Part shown: positions 29,680 through 40,391 of the stretch, piece after piece
Layout of the letters: each line of letters starts with the position of its first letter
How positions within the stretch are numbered: the first letter of the stretch is position 1
Source of the DNA: an uncultured Candidatus Saccharibacteria bacterium
GTDB lineage: Bacteria > Patescibacteriota > Minisyncoccia > Phycocordibacterales > PALSA-1337
Direction: 5' to 3'
NCBI GenBank assembly: GCA_964403205.1
Contig: CAYOER010000002.1
Location: 4,259-68,258, forward strand
Length of the DNA: 64,000 nucleotides
The notes under the pieces: model-generated
What the model saw: the letters and a program-made list of their open reading frames with translations, nothing else
The model's database searches: none
What the model was told of the DNA's origin: nothing
Position numbers and translations under genes: made by a program

Positions 29680-29853
29680 TTATTTAAAAGTTATATTCTG
29701 ACAATCTTGACAAAAACCAGATATAATAAATTCTCTCCTACTACGAGAATCTATAATATTCTCATGTTTTATAAGCTCACTACATGAAGGACAAGATGTC
29801 TTTAATAAAAGCTTTGATATGAATTCTATTTGTTGGTTTAAATTATTTTTCAT
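29680..29853 (-). CDS. Small zinc-ribbon protein (probable true start at MKNNLNQ)
   Basis: CPSC...CQDC pairs. An 8-bp perfect inverted repeat (gcagtcag...ctgactgc, 29862-29899) lies just upstream. Confidence 0.25.
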   Translation of the reverse strand: MKNNLNQQIEFISKLLLKTSCPSCSELIKHENIIDSRSRREFIISGFCQDCQNITFK

Positions 29854-30124
29854 ATTGCAGTCAGGTTTCCGATTAGAGTTCTGGTGCTGACTGCAAAGTC
29901 TTTTCACCAAAACCCTAATCGACAACCAAAGATTAATTAATAATTGACTTAGCTAATAAATGTTTATCTTCCACCACATCTAGAGCAGTTAATGCAGACT
30001 TAGAAAGTTTAAGTAGTGAAAAACCTAGTCGATTCGCATCTTCATCAGATAAATCAACCTTGTAATCATTTTTGATGATCATCTTTAATTCCTCTATGCT
30101 TCTTACTTTCAGTTGCATAGGATC

Positions 30125-30262
30125 ATCGTCCCATATAAAAAAATCACAAAAGATGTGACTAATTTGTGATGAATTCTAAAAAACTATACTAAATAAAGCT
30201 TTTTTAGAATAAAAAAATTCCTAAAGTTCTCTACTTTCTATTTTTTGTGCTGATTTTGTGAC
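30125..30262. promoter_or_regulatory. Iteron-like cluster of TTTGTGA(C/T) / TCACAAA repeats next to the replication gene block
   Basis: atcacaaaagatgtgactaatttgtgatgaa ... ttttgtgctgattttgtgactcaaactaaaattttgtgattta. At least 6 copies of the 7-8-mer in both orientations within 140 bp. Confidence 0.35.
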
Positions 30263-30757
30263 TCAAACTAAAATTTTGTGATTTAAATGATAACCACGCT
30301 CGCGTTTATTTTTAATGAAATCACCTATATTTGTTTTACCCTTCACTACCAATTCTCTGATGATCTTATTAATTAAACCTATCCTATTTTTGATGTATCT
30401 GGGGGTTTTTCTACCTATTTCTGTTTCCATCTCTAATACTAGTTGGGCAATTTTAAAACATTCATCTTTATTTTCTATATATTTATAGTACAAGAAAAAT
30501 ATAAGGAATTTATCTGTACTATTGATTTTCTTTTTTATACCTCGTCTTGATATAGAATAATCATGAATCTTAATACTCAAAGTCTTTATATCTATAACTT
30601 CCTTCACACCTTGATATTTTTTAGTATTACTCTCTTCATAATATATCGTAGGTGATGCTTTTAGTTTATTATTTGTTTGTCCTAACAGGTTTACCTTATA
30701 AGCATTGTATCGCTCTTCAAAATCTTCAGGAAATTGTATTTCTAGTTCTCCCATCAT
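30263..30757 (-). CDS. Hypothetical protein (164 aa)
   Basis: ORF only. Confidence 0.25.
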   Translation of the reverse strand: MMGELEIQFPEDFEERYNAYKVNLLGQTNNKLKASPTIYYEESNTKKYQGVKEVIDIKTLSIKIHDYSISRRGIKKKINSTDKFLIFFLYYKYIENKDECFKIAQLVLEMETEIGRKTPRYIKNRIGLINKIIRELVVKGKTNIGDFIKNKRERGYHLNHKILV

Positions 30758-30759
30758 AT

Positions 30760-31440
30760 TTACATTCCTATATTATAAAACTGATATCTGATTAAACTTT
30801 CTTCTTCAAATGTTCCTAGTATATTCCCAAGTTGATTATAATTTATATCGCACTTTCGTTGCCAAACGGTGTGAGTTTGTTCAGAAACAGATATTTTTTT
30901 ACCATTAATCTTTTTCGGAGCTAAATCCCATTCATCCTTCAGTCGTTCTAAGATATAAAGTTTCTTTACATCCGCTTTAGAAATCTGTTGTGGTAGAACC
31001 TCATTCTTTTTGTCTTTACCTTCTCTAATTTCACATTCTTTGTAATACTCATCAAACTTTGGCTGAAGGATAGTTATGCGAAATTTGATTTCAGACTCCT
31101 CATCTTTTCTTCTATCAAAGACTGGCATCTCAATAGGAAATACTATTCCAAGATTAGAATAATTAGTATCCATATCTTCTATATTAATAACTCTCAAACC
31201 ATCTAATTTGAATAAAATCTTTTTTTGAGTTTGATTACTGGGAACATGATCATTGATCTTGCCAGTATCAAACATCTCCTTTTTATTCAGTGAGAAAGTA
31301 GGACGTCCACTTAGTAATGATTCTTTTCTAAGTTGTTGCATCACCCACCATATTTCTAATTGAAGCATATCTTCAGGATTCATAAGATTAAATCTACTCC
31401 TTATTGATAAATTTTTCAATACCCAACAAAAAACTCCCAC
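30760..31440 (-). CDS. Hypothetical protein (true start probably MNPEDML near 31383)
   Basis: ORF only. The N-terminal 19 codons fall in a GC-rich non-coding-looking stretch. Confidence 0.25.
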   Translation of the reverse strand: MGVFCWVLKNLSIRSRFNLMNPEDMLQLEIWWVMQQLRKESLLSGRPTFSLNKKEMFDTGKINDHVPSNQTQKKILFKLDGLRVINIEDMDTNYSNLGIVFPIEMPVFDRRKDEESEIKFRITILQPKFDEYYKECEIREGKDKKNEVLPQQISKADVKKLYILERLKDEWDLAPKKINGKKISVSEQTHTVWQRKCDINYNQLGNILGTFEEESLIRYQFYNIGM

Positions 31441-31634
31441 GAATGGAAGTTCTTTGTTGGAATAGCACTCTTGGTAGACCCGTAAGCCAGTTATCGCTTT
31501 TCACCGCTACCTTCGCCCTTTCGGACAATCCACCGCACAAAGGCGGATGACGGACTTAATTCACGACCCCCGTTTCTAGTTAAAGCTAGAAAATACCAAC
31601 TCTCGCTATTCCGTAATTATTCTATCATATATCG

Positions 31635-31862
31635 CTACATCTCATCAGCCAACTCAATAGCATCTTCTTCGTCTAAGCCCTCATCAATCAATTCTTGAGC
31701 TTTCTCCGCAGTTTCTCTATCAATATCATGATCCTTCATCAATCGTCTGGCTTCTTCATCCTCAGAATTTTCATCAATATGCTTTACCAAGATATCTGCA
31801 AATTGTTCTACGGCGGAATCCATAACTTCTTTATTAGTTTTTCCTAGTGATTTTTTTATCAT
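31635..31862 (-). CDS. Small highly acidic protein (75 aa)
   Basis: DENSEDEEARRLMKDHDIDRETAEKAQELIDEGLDEEDAIELADEM. Confidence 0.25.
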   Translation of the reverse strand: MIKKSLGKTNKEVMDSAVEQFADILVKHIDENSEDEEARRLMKDHDIDRETAEKAQELIDEGLDEEDAIELADEM

Positions 31863-31875
31863 GATACTGTCCTCA

Positions 31876-32418
31876 TTACCTTAAATTCCTATAACTCTGT
31901 TTATTTAAACCTTCCCTATGCATAGCAAAAAGTGCCATATCCAATTCTCTAGGTGTAACACTATTTTCCTTTGACCATTCTCTCATGATTTTCAGATACT
32001 TTCCCCAAATGTTCAAGGAAGGATACTTGTTAATGTTACAATTCATTTTTCTGAGCATTTCTAAACATCTAATATCAATAACAGCATAACTTTCTGGATA
32101 TACTACAGTAAGTAGTGCTGATGCTGTCGGTATGCCAACCCCATCTAAATTTTTTGATAGAATTTTCATTTTTCGTCTTTCATCTTTCTCAGCAAAAGCT
32201 TTTTTAGATATTTCTTCAATAATGTCTCTATTTTGTATATATCTCTGCTTCTGTCTTGCTGACTTCCACATACAAATATCATAAAATTCACTGAATTTAA
32301 AATATCCCCTTTTCTTTACCCTAGGTCCAATAACATTGAACAAGTAACCTTCACCGTAAATCTCTATGTATTTTTTTATATTTGGTATTTTCATTATTAT
32401 CTTCTTGTTATATCCCAC
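31876..32418 (-). CDS. Hypothetical protein (180 aa)
   Basis: ORF only. Confidence 0.25.
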   Translation of the reverse strand: MGYNKKIIMKIPNIKKYIEIYGEGYLFNVIGPRVKKRGYFKFSEFYDICMWKSARQKQRYIQNRDIIEEISKKAFAEKDERRKMKILSKNLDGVGIPTASALLTVVYPESYAVIDIRCLEMLRKMNCNINKYPSLNIWGKYLKIMREWSKENSVTPRELDMALFAMHREGLNKQSYRNLR

Positions 32419-32467
32419 AGCCTTTATTTAAATCTTATCGCATCTTTCTTCTCATTACTAATATCAA

Positions 32468-33058
32468 CTACAGTTTTTTGAATTTGATAAAATCTATATA
32501 TATCAGTGCTAAATTTTCAAGATGTTTATAAACTCTATTCAAATCCTTTATCGGATAAATATTTTTCAATATATGTGGTATATTTCTTTCAATAGACCAC
32601 TCATAAATCCCAATACTTCCCAAGGTATCTAATCCACCTAGTTCATAAAATACAGTCTTTCTTTCCCGTCTTTTTTTACCATTAAAATCTTCAGTCTCTT
32701 CTAGTGGATGTTTTACGATATTATTTGCGATTTTTATTATTTCAATTATATCTGGTAACTCTTTATCTCTATAATCCTGTAATTGTCGTGAATTATTTTT
32801 TGGCTGAAAATACTCTGATAATCTTTGAGATGATTCTAGACATGTCCGTATAAGAGTGTAAAAGCCGAAGCAATAGGAATAGCAATATTCTGCATAACTA
32901 CCCATATCTCCAATCTTGAAACCATCCTCTAGATTCTTCTCAAGACTTCTCACTTGAATTTCAGCTAGATAAAAATATCTTCTAGTCGTTTCGGCAAGGT
33001 GATGAATACTCTCATCTGAAAGCCTATCAATAAAATTTGAGTAATTATTTAATTCCAT
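32468..33058 (-). CDS. Hypothetical protein (196 aa)
   Basis: ORF only. Confidence 0.25.
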   Translation of the reverse strand: MELNNYSNFIDRLSDESIHHLAETTRRYFYLAEIQVRSLEKNLEDGFKIGDMGSYAEYCYSYCFGFYTLIRTCLESSQRLSEYFQPKNNSRQLQDYRDKELPDIIEIIKIANNIVKHPLEETEDFNGKKRRERKTVFYELGGLDTLGSIGIYEWSIERNIPHILKNIYPIKDLNRVYKHLENLALIYIDFIKFKKL

Positions 33059-33144
33059 ATTTCTACTATATAATCATATATTATTCAATCACCTATGTAT
33101 TAAAAGAAATTTTAGAATTTGATTAGGATTTTTTTAATAACAAA

Positions 33145-34188
33145 CTATTCTTTACTCTTATCTCTATATACCTTTCTAGATTTTGCCCCATTCGCTGACC
33201 CTATTACCCTATTCTGCTCAAGTAAGTCTATTAATTGTGCTGATCTTGAATACCCTATGCCTAATTTCCTTTGGATATAAGAAGTAGATGCTTTACCACC
33301 CTCTAGAACAACTTTTTTTGCTTCTTCATATAGATTATCGTATTCAAGGATTTCATTATTTTCATTCAAATTAAAAAAATTATCAGGTGATTCATATTCT
33401 CCACTATTCTCTTTAATTATTTTCTTATACTTATTCTTTAAACTTTTTATCATTGCTTTAACCTCATCATGATTGATTTGATAGGTCTGAGCACGAATAG
33501 GATATTTCAATCCTTCACGATAGAGAATATCTCCAACTCCATGTAGATTATGAGCATCTGGCATTCCTATAATAAGCCTTGATTCTTTTATTGAGGAATT
33601 CTGCATTGCAATACGAGTACTTATAGAATCACGAATAGACTTGGTTATTATTTTATTATTTGATCTGGATGTAGAGAGTATTATATGAATTCCAACAATA
33701 TATCCAGTTTGAGCGATTCCAAAAATTACTGATTCGATTTCCTTTGGATAAATCCCCATGAAATCTGCAAGTTCATCAATGACTAAGACAATAACTGGCA
33801 TATCCTCTTTTCCATCATAGTCAATAATACTTCTATACTTATTTTCTTTTAGAATATCTAGACGCCTAATAATTTCTTTTGCTAACCACTTCATAGCAAG
33901 TATTACTTTCTTCGGATCGAAAATATTCGGAATGAGTAAATGTGGAATTCCATCATATATCTGTAATTCAACTCTACTTGAATCAATCATAATCAGTTTC
34001 AGATTCTCTGGAGAATTATTTGATATTAATGTGCTTATAATCTTATGTAATAAAGTTGATTTACCAAAGCCGAGATTTCCAGCAATAAGTAAATCTTTAA
34101 TTGTGATTAAATCAATTATTAAATCCTTATTATATTCATCTTTTGCAATATTGATTGCTAGATTTGCTTTCATAGTTTTATTATACAT
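33145..34188 (-). CDS. FtsK/SpoIIIE-family DNA translocase-like ATPase with a C-terminal gamma (winged-helix) domain
   Basis: Walker A GNLGFGKSTLL. Walker B VLVIDELAD. The C-terminus KASTSYIQRKLGIGYSRSAQLIDLLEQNRVIGSANGAKSRKV matches the FtsK gamma-domain pattern. Confidence 0.6.
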   Translation of the reverse strand: MYNKTMKANLAINIAKDEYNKDLIIDLITIKDLLIAGNLGFGKSTLLHKIISTLISNNSPENLKLIMIDSSRVELQIYDGIPHLLIPNIFDPKKVILAMKWLAKEIIRRLDILKENKYRSIIDYDGKEDMPVIVLVIDELADFMGIYPKEIESVIFGIAQTGYIVGIHIILSTSRSNNKIITKSIRDSISTRIAMQNSSIKESRLIIGMPDAHNLHGVGDILYREGLKYPIRAQTYQINHDEVKAMIKSLKNKYKKIIKENSGEYESPDNFFNLNENNEILEYDNLYEEAKKVVLEGGKASTSYIQRKLGIGYSRSAQLIDLLEQNRVIGSANGAKSRKVYRDKSKE

Positions 34189-34215
34189 CCATTAAAAATA
34201 AAATTCATTTCTTTA

Positions 34216-34569
34216 TTATATATCATTATTAGATTGTTTTTCTTCTATTCTCTTACCAAACATAAGAAATAGGCCAGTAGAAATCACAATCACAAAACTA
34301 AAAATACCGTAATTCTTGAAATTATTTAACAATTCTTTACCTACTGGAATGTAGTATGGGTCACCATATTCAACACATTCTGTATATTCATCAAACCTTC
34401 CAGAAGAAGCCTCTTCTAAACACACATCTTTTCTAACTACATATCCATTAGTTGAGATTTTTGGTAGCATTTTCAATGTAGAAACTAGAAATAGTATAGC
34501 CCAGATTATTAGCCAGTAAATGAATATTCTTAGTGGGTATTCTTTTGAGGTTTGTGGTAGAAATCTCAT
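34216..34569 (-). CDS. Small membrane protein (2 TM)
   Basis: Hydrophobic helices only. Confidence 0.3.
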   Translation of the reverse strand: MRFLPQTSKEYPLRIFIYWLIIWAILFLVSTLKMLPKISTNGYVVRKDVCLEEASSGRFDEYTECVEYGDPYYIPVGKELLNNFKNYGIFSFVIVISTGLFLMFGKRIEEKQSNNDI

Positions 34570-34573
34570 ATAC

Positions 34574-36874
34574 TTAGAAAATTAGTGGTGTCCACTCAGA
34601 CCAATCACTATTTTTGACTTTATCCCAGTTATATTCCTGTAAATTATTAATTAGAAGCTGATTACCTTTTTTCACTATTATTCCACCGAATATATCTTTT
34701 CTTTCTTGATCTCTAATATATTGCTGTAGTCTTTCTGCTTTTTCTCTAGTAATAGTCAAACCATCAGCATCACTTTGATCCTTGGTCTCAAAAATACCTA
34801 GCTTTCCATTATTAAACTGTACTATATAATCTGGATAGAAGGTGTAAATCTCATTATCTAATAAATATTTAATACCAAAATAATCATTTTTATTTTTTCC
34901 ATTTTTCCACCACCATTCAATCTTGTCTCCTTTTTCCTCAACAAAGTTTTCAAAAGCTTTTTCTGGCTCAGAACGATCTTTTTCTAAATAACAAGGTTTC
35001 ATTACATATTTAGGGACTCTTTCTACCTTTTCACTTACATTCTCATTATAATATTCGCTTTTGGGTATTTCAAAAGTATAGAACCGCTCTCCTTCAGCTG
35101 ATCTTTTCTTAACTTCTATGTCTTTAATCTTTTTATACTCATCGACAGAATCAGATATTATCTTTTTAAAATGATTTTGATTATCATCATTTATAATAAT
35201 ACTTTGTATGTATACATTTTGCCTTTTCAAATTAAAACCTAAATATTGCTCAAACCACTGATAAATAACGCTAGATATAATAGGTGTTGATCTCTTTATA
35301 TTACTAAATGAGCCTAGATTTTCTTTTAGAAAGGAATAATATTTATTTTCTATCTCATCAGAAGATGCTGATAGCTTTGCAAAATCATCAGCTTTAATTT
35401 CACCTTTGAGTAAATCAAAATCTTTAGTCTCAATGCCAGTATCTGCCATTATTTTTTGACTATATCTATCCATATCTAGAGATACGCCAACTTTCTCTAC
35501 TAACTTTTTATTATCATTTATTTTTTCTCCAGAAATTCCAAAATATTCATTAGCTTTTATCACGAATGTATCATAAAAATTTGCTTTTATATCACCATAG
35601 TCTGCTCTAGTTTTAAAATATGAAGGAAGTTTAATAGATTTATAAGTATCTATTCTTTTTGCAGGTAATCTATTTATAATATTTAACTTATATTCGTCTG
35701 GTTTTACAGTAATACTTTCAACATTAGAATATATATATCCTGTATTTAGCTTTTCATTATCATAATGCTTTCTTTCTGGCATTCTAAGTATTCTTCCAAC
35801 AATTTGTATTTCAAAAGTCTCACTTGATGACTCTCGAAGCTTTATTAAAATATGAGCTCTTGGACAATCCCAACCTGTATCAATAGCTTGTTTAAAGATA
35901 AGAAAATCTGTTTTATTATTTAAATCAATAATGCCATCAATATTTTCTGTCTTCTTGTCAGATAACCATATAGCCAACTTACCATTTGCTACTGTAATAT
36001 CATTTTTAGATAAAAATACCTGTATTGAGTCTAATTTTGCCTCACCTGCATCTGAATTGGGTATCTGTATCAATGCCAGAGGATTTATGTCAGACCCCAT
36101 TTTTTCAAATAGTTTCTTTAATTCGTTTCTCTTATTAAGAGCAGTCATCAATACTAAATCTTGAGAATCAGTTTCATCTTTTGAAATTTCATTTATTCCA
36201 TCATTAATAATTAACTCTTTTTTTATCATCCCTTGCTCAATTACATCATTTGCATTCACCTTAACATTTACTTCAACCCTAGCCCCGCTATCGGTTTTTT
36301 TAGGTGTCGCACTCATTTCAATAACAACTTCTGCACTAATTATTTCTCTGATTTCTTTTGTTCTATCTGCAGTATGACCAATATGACTTTCATCAATTAT
36401 CAATATTATTTTTCTTTTTTTATTAGTCTCAGCAATCAATTCTCTGAAATTAACTTTCTCTCCATCTTTCATTAAGATATTTTTCCACTCCTTTGTTTCT
36501 CCATCCTTACTTCTTAATTTCTCCCAGTTTGCCACAACAACCTCATTTCTATTTATTATCACTCTACTTCCACCAAACTCTTCTTCGACTAAAGAAACCC
36601 TAGGTGACCCACCAAAAATACTTTCTAAACTCTTTTTGCTTTGTATATGAAGTTCTCCCTTACCAATAGATAGCCAGATAAAGCACAGATCGTCCTTATT
36701 TCTTTCTTTTATCAATTCCTCAATAAATTTAGCAATTACTACAGTTTTTCCTGATCCCGTCGGGGATTGGAAGACTATGACTTCTCCCTTACCCTGTCTG
36801 TCTAAAAAGTGGCTTGTATTAAAAACAAGATCATTTAATGCTATTTCTTGGTATTTTTTTAAATTAATATTCAT
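34574..36874 (-). CDS. res: Type III restriction enzyme Res subunit (SF2 helicase-like ATPase plus C-terminal endonuclease region)
   Basis: QSPTGSGKTVV (motif I), LIIDESH (motif II). Overlaps the mod gene by 11 nt. Confidence 0.7.
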   Translation of the reverse strand: MNINLKKYQEIALNDLVFNTSHFLDRQGKGEVIVFQSPTGSGKTVVIAKFIEELIKERNKDDLCFIWLSIGKGELHIQSKKSLESIFGGSPRVSLVEEEFGGSRVIINRNEVVVANWEKLRSKDGETKEWKNILMKDGEKVNFRELIAETNKKRKIILIIDESHIGHTADRTKEIREIISAEVVIEMSATPKKTDSGARVEVNVKVNANDVIEQGMIKKELIINDGINEISKDETDSQDLVLMTALNKRNELKKLFEKMGSDINPLALIQIPNSDAGEAKLDSIQVFLSKNDITVANGKLAIWLSDKKTENIDGIIDLNNKTDFLIFKQAIDTGWDCPRAHILIKLRESSSETFEIQIVGRILRMPERKHYDNEKLNTGYIYSNVESITVKPDEYKLNIINRLPAKRIDTYKSIKLPSYFKTRADYGDIKANFYDTFVIKANEYFGISGEKINDNKKLVEKVGVSLDMDRYSQKIMADTGIETKDFDLLKGEIKADDFAKLSASSDEIENKYYSFLKENLGSFSNIKRSTPIISSVIYQWFEQYLGFNLKRQNVYIQSIIINDDNQNHFKKIISDSVDEYKKIKDIEVKKRSAEGERFYTFEIPKSEYYNENVSEKVERVPKYVMKPCYLEKDRSEPEKAFENFVEEKGDKIEWWWKNGKNKNDYFGIKYLLDNEIYTFYPDYIVQFNNGKLGIFETKDQSDADGLTITREKAERLQQYIRDQERKDIFGGIIVKKGNQLLINNLQEYNWDKVKNSDWSEWTPLIF

Positions 36875-38666
36875 GGATTTCTTTATATATATCTAATATT
36901 TTTTGTGGTATTGGCTCTAATCTAACCTCCTTCCAATCTTCAAAGTCAGACTCATTTAATCCCAGCGAATCTAGAGTAAAACAATATAGAATCTTTTCCC
37001 CCTCCATCTTATCTAGTTCCTTTTTTAGTGCAGGTAACTCTTTCTGACTAAGAAAGTAGTATACTGCCATAATTTTTTTACCTTGTTTGAATATCTTATA
37101 TGCAGATTTATTTCTTATTTCTTCATATATTCCTTCTCTTATACATAGCATTTCAGTACACTCTTCGGTAATTCTGATTTTCATTTCATCTCTGTTGTAA
37201 CTCTTTGGAATTAATATGGTTTTATAATACTTTAAATTTCCACCAATACCTTTTATCACCTTTCCTTTATTATTTTTATAACCCCTTATCACACGCTTAA
37301 TACGCTCATTTGTTACATCTTCACAAATATTATTTTCATTATTCGTACAAAGAATAAATTGACGATTTCCACCATCTAATTTGTTTAATTCCATAACAGC
37401 ATGACCTGTCGTGCCAGAACCAGCGAAAAAGTCTAGTATTATTGAGTCTCTTTTAGATGTTATTTTCAATATATCCTCTAAAAGGTATATTGATTTAGGA
37501 TAGTCGAAGATTTTATTACCGAGTATATCTCTGATTAGATTTGATCCATTAAATTCTGAAAAGTATTTTTTATTAGTCCAAACATTTTTGTATATTTGTT
37601 GTTCATAAAATTTTCTAAAAAGCTGATAACGACCATCAAGATGTTCTACAACAAATTCTTTATTTTCCTTATTTTTTTCTAAAAATGTATCTGGTAAATT
37701 TATCCACGAAAATTCTCTGCCATTATTAGATGTTGGTAATAATTTTATTGAGTCAGATGATGGTGATAGAGAAAACCTTTCATTCTTTTTGTTATAGTAA
37801 ATTGGATAATAGAAATCTGGTTTGTTTATTCTTAGTGTCTCTGTTCGGCAACGCATATATGGCTCTAATCTATATCTTTTTCCATCATTATCTTTCATAT
37901 CAAAGGATGCCATTACTTCTTCATCAATTGCCACACTATTAAATTCAGCAAGACTTGAATTTTTCGAGTAGACAAGCATATACTCACTGTTGGCGGAAAA
38001 AAACTTTGTAAAGTTTCTACCTTTAGGATTATGCAAAACTGTCACTAGACCCAATCTATTTTCCTCGCCAAAATATTCATCAAATAGTAAACCAAGAGTA
38101 AAAAGTTCGTTGTGATCTATTGCACAGATAAAATATCCATTATCTTTCAACAAACTTTTTGCAAGATTTAGCCTATTTTTTATAAAAGTAATAAACTTAC
38201 TATGTCTGTAACCATCATCCTTATCAATATAGTCATTGTTATATCTCCATGTAGTAGAACCCGTGTTATATGGCGGATCTATATATATCACATCAATTTT
38301 ACCAGCATGTGTATAGTTCAAAACAGAGAGCGAATGGTAATTATCTCCTTCAATTAAAATATTCACTAGTTTACTTTCATCAGTAATTATTTCTCTGCTT
38401 TTTATTTCTTTCAGAACAGGAATATTTGTCTTACACAATTCAACTACATCCTCTGGTTTATCTTCCCAGACGAGTCCGTATTTCTTGTGTTTACTGAGAC
38501 GATCAACCTCATCTATGAGTTGATCTTTTGTCCAATTATTATATTTTTCACTAACCTTTTTGGTAGATGATTCTTGTTTTGATGGTTTTTGAGACATAGA
38601 GGGATGGTTGCTATGTTGCTGGCAGGAAGCACAGAACCCCGTGCCAGCCGGACCTTTCGATCCCAT
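36864..38666 (-). CDS. mod: Type III restriction-modification Mod subunit (beta-class N6-adenine methyltransferase); the first ~24 codons are probably over-extension
   Basis: DVIYIDPPYNTGS (motif IV) precedes FFAGSGTTGHAV (motif I). Immediately upstream of res. Confidence 0.75.
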   Translation of the reverse strand: MGSKGPAGTGFCASCQQHSNHPSMSQKPSKQESSTKKVSEKYNNWTKDQLIDEVDRLSKHKKYGLVWEDKPEDVVELCKTNIPVLKEIKSREIITDESKLVNILIEGDNYHSLSVLNYTHAGKIDVIYIDPPYNTGSTTWRYNNDYIDKDDGYRHSKFITFIKNRLNLAKSLLKDNGYFICAIDHNELFTLGLLFDEYFGEENRLGLVTVLHNPKGRNFTKFFSANSEYMLVYSKNSSLAEFNSVAIDEEVMASFDMKDNDGKRYRLEPYMRCRTETLRINKPDFYYPIYYNKKNERFSLSPSSDSIKLLPTSNNGREFSWINLPDTFLEKNKENKEFVVEHLDGRYQLFRKFYEQQIYKNVWTNKKYFSEFNGSNLIRDILGNKIFDYPKSIYLLEDILKITSKRDSIILDFFAGSGTTGHAVMELNKLDGGNRQFILCTNNENNICEDVTNERIKRVIRGYKNNKGKVIKGIGGNLKYYKTILIPKSYNRDEMKIRITEECTEMLCIREGIYEEIRNKSAYKIFKQGKKIMAVYYFLSQKELPALKKELDKMEGEKILYCFTLDSLGLNESDFEDWKEVRLEPIPQKILDIYKEIHEY

Positions 38667-38893
38667 ACCAGTTTCCTGATATGACCATCCCTGATGAGCT
38701 GAACGCGGGGTTCAATATCAAGGATGGATTTCTATGCCATACCTCGCAGAAAAACTACGAGGGTTAGGCACGTATTTTATTTATAATGTTTTTACTTCAT
38801 AATAATTATGAATATCATCATAATATCGCCTTTTTGATATTTTTGCACGCAAGTGATTAATGGGTATAATATCGATATGAATTTAGTCATTAA

Positions 38894-39211
38894 TTGTCCA
38901 GTAACATGAGTGAACTACTCATAACAATCATTAGTGGTGTTATTGTTGCAATTATTGTTGCTTGGTTTGGAATAGGAGGTACAAAACATGTAACCATTCA
39001 TGGATCTCCAGTTCGTAAGACTGGTAAATGGATAATTTTCTTTTCTATAATAGCTATCTTTGGAGGACTTGCATGGGCTGGACATTATTCACTACCTCAA
39101 GGTGGTTTAGATTTTAGTAAGCATGGTACAGTTTATGGAATAGCCTTAGCTAGTTTTGGTCTTTTAGCTCTTATTGTCGGAAAGATTGTTGCGTGGTTTC
39201 AAAAGTCATAA
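38894..39211 (+). CDS. Small membrane protein (3 TM)
   Basis: Hydrophobic segments only. Confidence 0.3.
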   Translation: MSSNMSELLITIISGVIVAIIVAWFGIGGTKHVTIHGSPVRKTGKWIIFFSIIAIFGGLAWAGHYSLPQGGLDFSKHGTVYGIALASFGLLALIVGKIVAWFQKS

Positions 39212-39222
39212 TTCATAACCAT

Positions 39223-39849
39223 TTAATTAAAGTTAAGCATAATCTGACGATAATTCATTGCCAATACTCGTGGATCATTAATAAATCTATTAATTACTTC
39301 TAAATCAGCAGATAAAACCGCAATTTTATTTTTACTATCTGTGAGATCATCAACGGTAACATATATCGAAATATCACCCATTTGAATAACTGGATTTTTA
39401 TGATTAATATGTTTCAGAATCTTGATCTTATCTGCTTTTACTTCTCCCATACTATTTATCAATGGCATAATCTCCTTCAAGACATCTTGATAGTTTTCCC
39501 ATTTGTGATATCCCATATCTCGGAATAATTGAAATACCTCAGTTAAAATATGAGGCGTAACAAAAAATCTATTCCACTCATTTTTAATTTTGATTAATTC
39601 CAAAAAACGTAGAATCATTTCAAAATCTGGTATGTTTGCCGAATTCTTCTTACTTATTCTTGTCTCAATAAAACCATCAATAAGTGTTTTAATCACACAC
39701 GCGTCAATAATTATACCCTGTCTTATAAACGGGCTAATTTCCTTATCAAAATTAAAACCATCTGAACTTAAATCGAGAAGCACTTTTTTATTTATTATTT
39801 TCAGTTGAATCTTCTTGTTTTGAAACTGTATATTTTTGTGGAGGCACAC
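39223..39849 (-). CDS. Hypothetical protein (208 aa)
   Basis: ORF only. Confidence 0.25.
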   Translation of the reverse strand: MCLHKNIQFQNKKIQLKIINKKVLLDLSSDGFNFDKEISPFIRQGIIIDACVIKTLIDGFIETRISKKNSANIPDFEMILRFLELIKIKNEWNRFFVTPHILTEVFQLFRDMGYHKWENYQDVLKEIMPLINSMGEVKADKIKILKHINHKNPVIQMGDISIYVTVDDLTDSKNKIAVLSADLEVINRFINDPRVLAMNYRQIMLNFN

Positions 39850-40120
39850 CTTCTGCAGATAATTTTTTTATTGTTACAGTGTTTTCAATTAGATTTACTG
39901 AGGCAAGAAAGCGAGTAGGCGAACTACTACCAAGGGACTCAAAAAAACTACAAACAACATCCCATTTTTGAGATTCTGTAGTTGGACTTCCATTAGTAGG
40001 TTTTAATTCTTCTACAGAGAATTTGAGAATACCAAGATTACCGTGTATATGTTCAAACACGGAACGTGCTAATTCAATTGCCCTAATTGAAGCTGATACT
40101 GTGGAAGGTTTTGTAGTCAT
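39788..40120 (-). CDS. Hypothetical protein (110 aa)
   Basis: ORF only. Overlaps the previous gene by 62 nt in another frame. Confidence 0.2.
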   Translation of the reverse strand: MTTKPSTVSASIRAIELARSVFEHIHGNLGILKFSVEELKPTNGSPTTESQKWDVVCSFFESLGSSSPTRFLASVNLIENTVTIKKLSAEGVPPQKYTVSKQEDSTENNK

Positions 40121-40391
40121 AATTATAATTTAAAGATAATAATTATCTTGTAAAGATAACACTATCATACCATACTTCATTCAATCAAGTCGTCTTTATT
40201 ACATAATTATATGTAGTTTAAAGTAACATCTTTTGTTTACTGTGACTTTCTATAGTGTACATCCTACACAAATACTATAAAATCCATAAAAAGCATCTAA
40301 ACGCTCTTACTATACCCTACCTATACGTTCTAACCTCGTTCAACATTCGGAGCAATTGACAAACTTAATAAAATATGCTATCATTAAAAAA

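Noticed and set aside
38670-38740. CTGATGAG motif flanked by a ccatcc/ggatgg stem, reminiscent of a hammerhead ribozyme core
   Set aside because: No GAAA motif after a stem II, and no consistent three-stem arrangement. Most likely a chance match in the GC-rich 5' leader of the mod gene.
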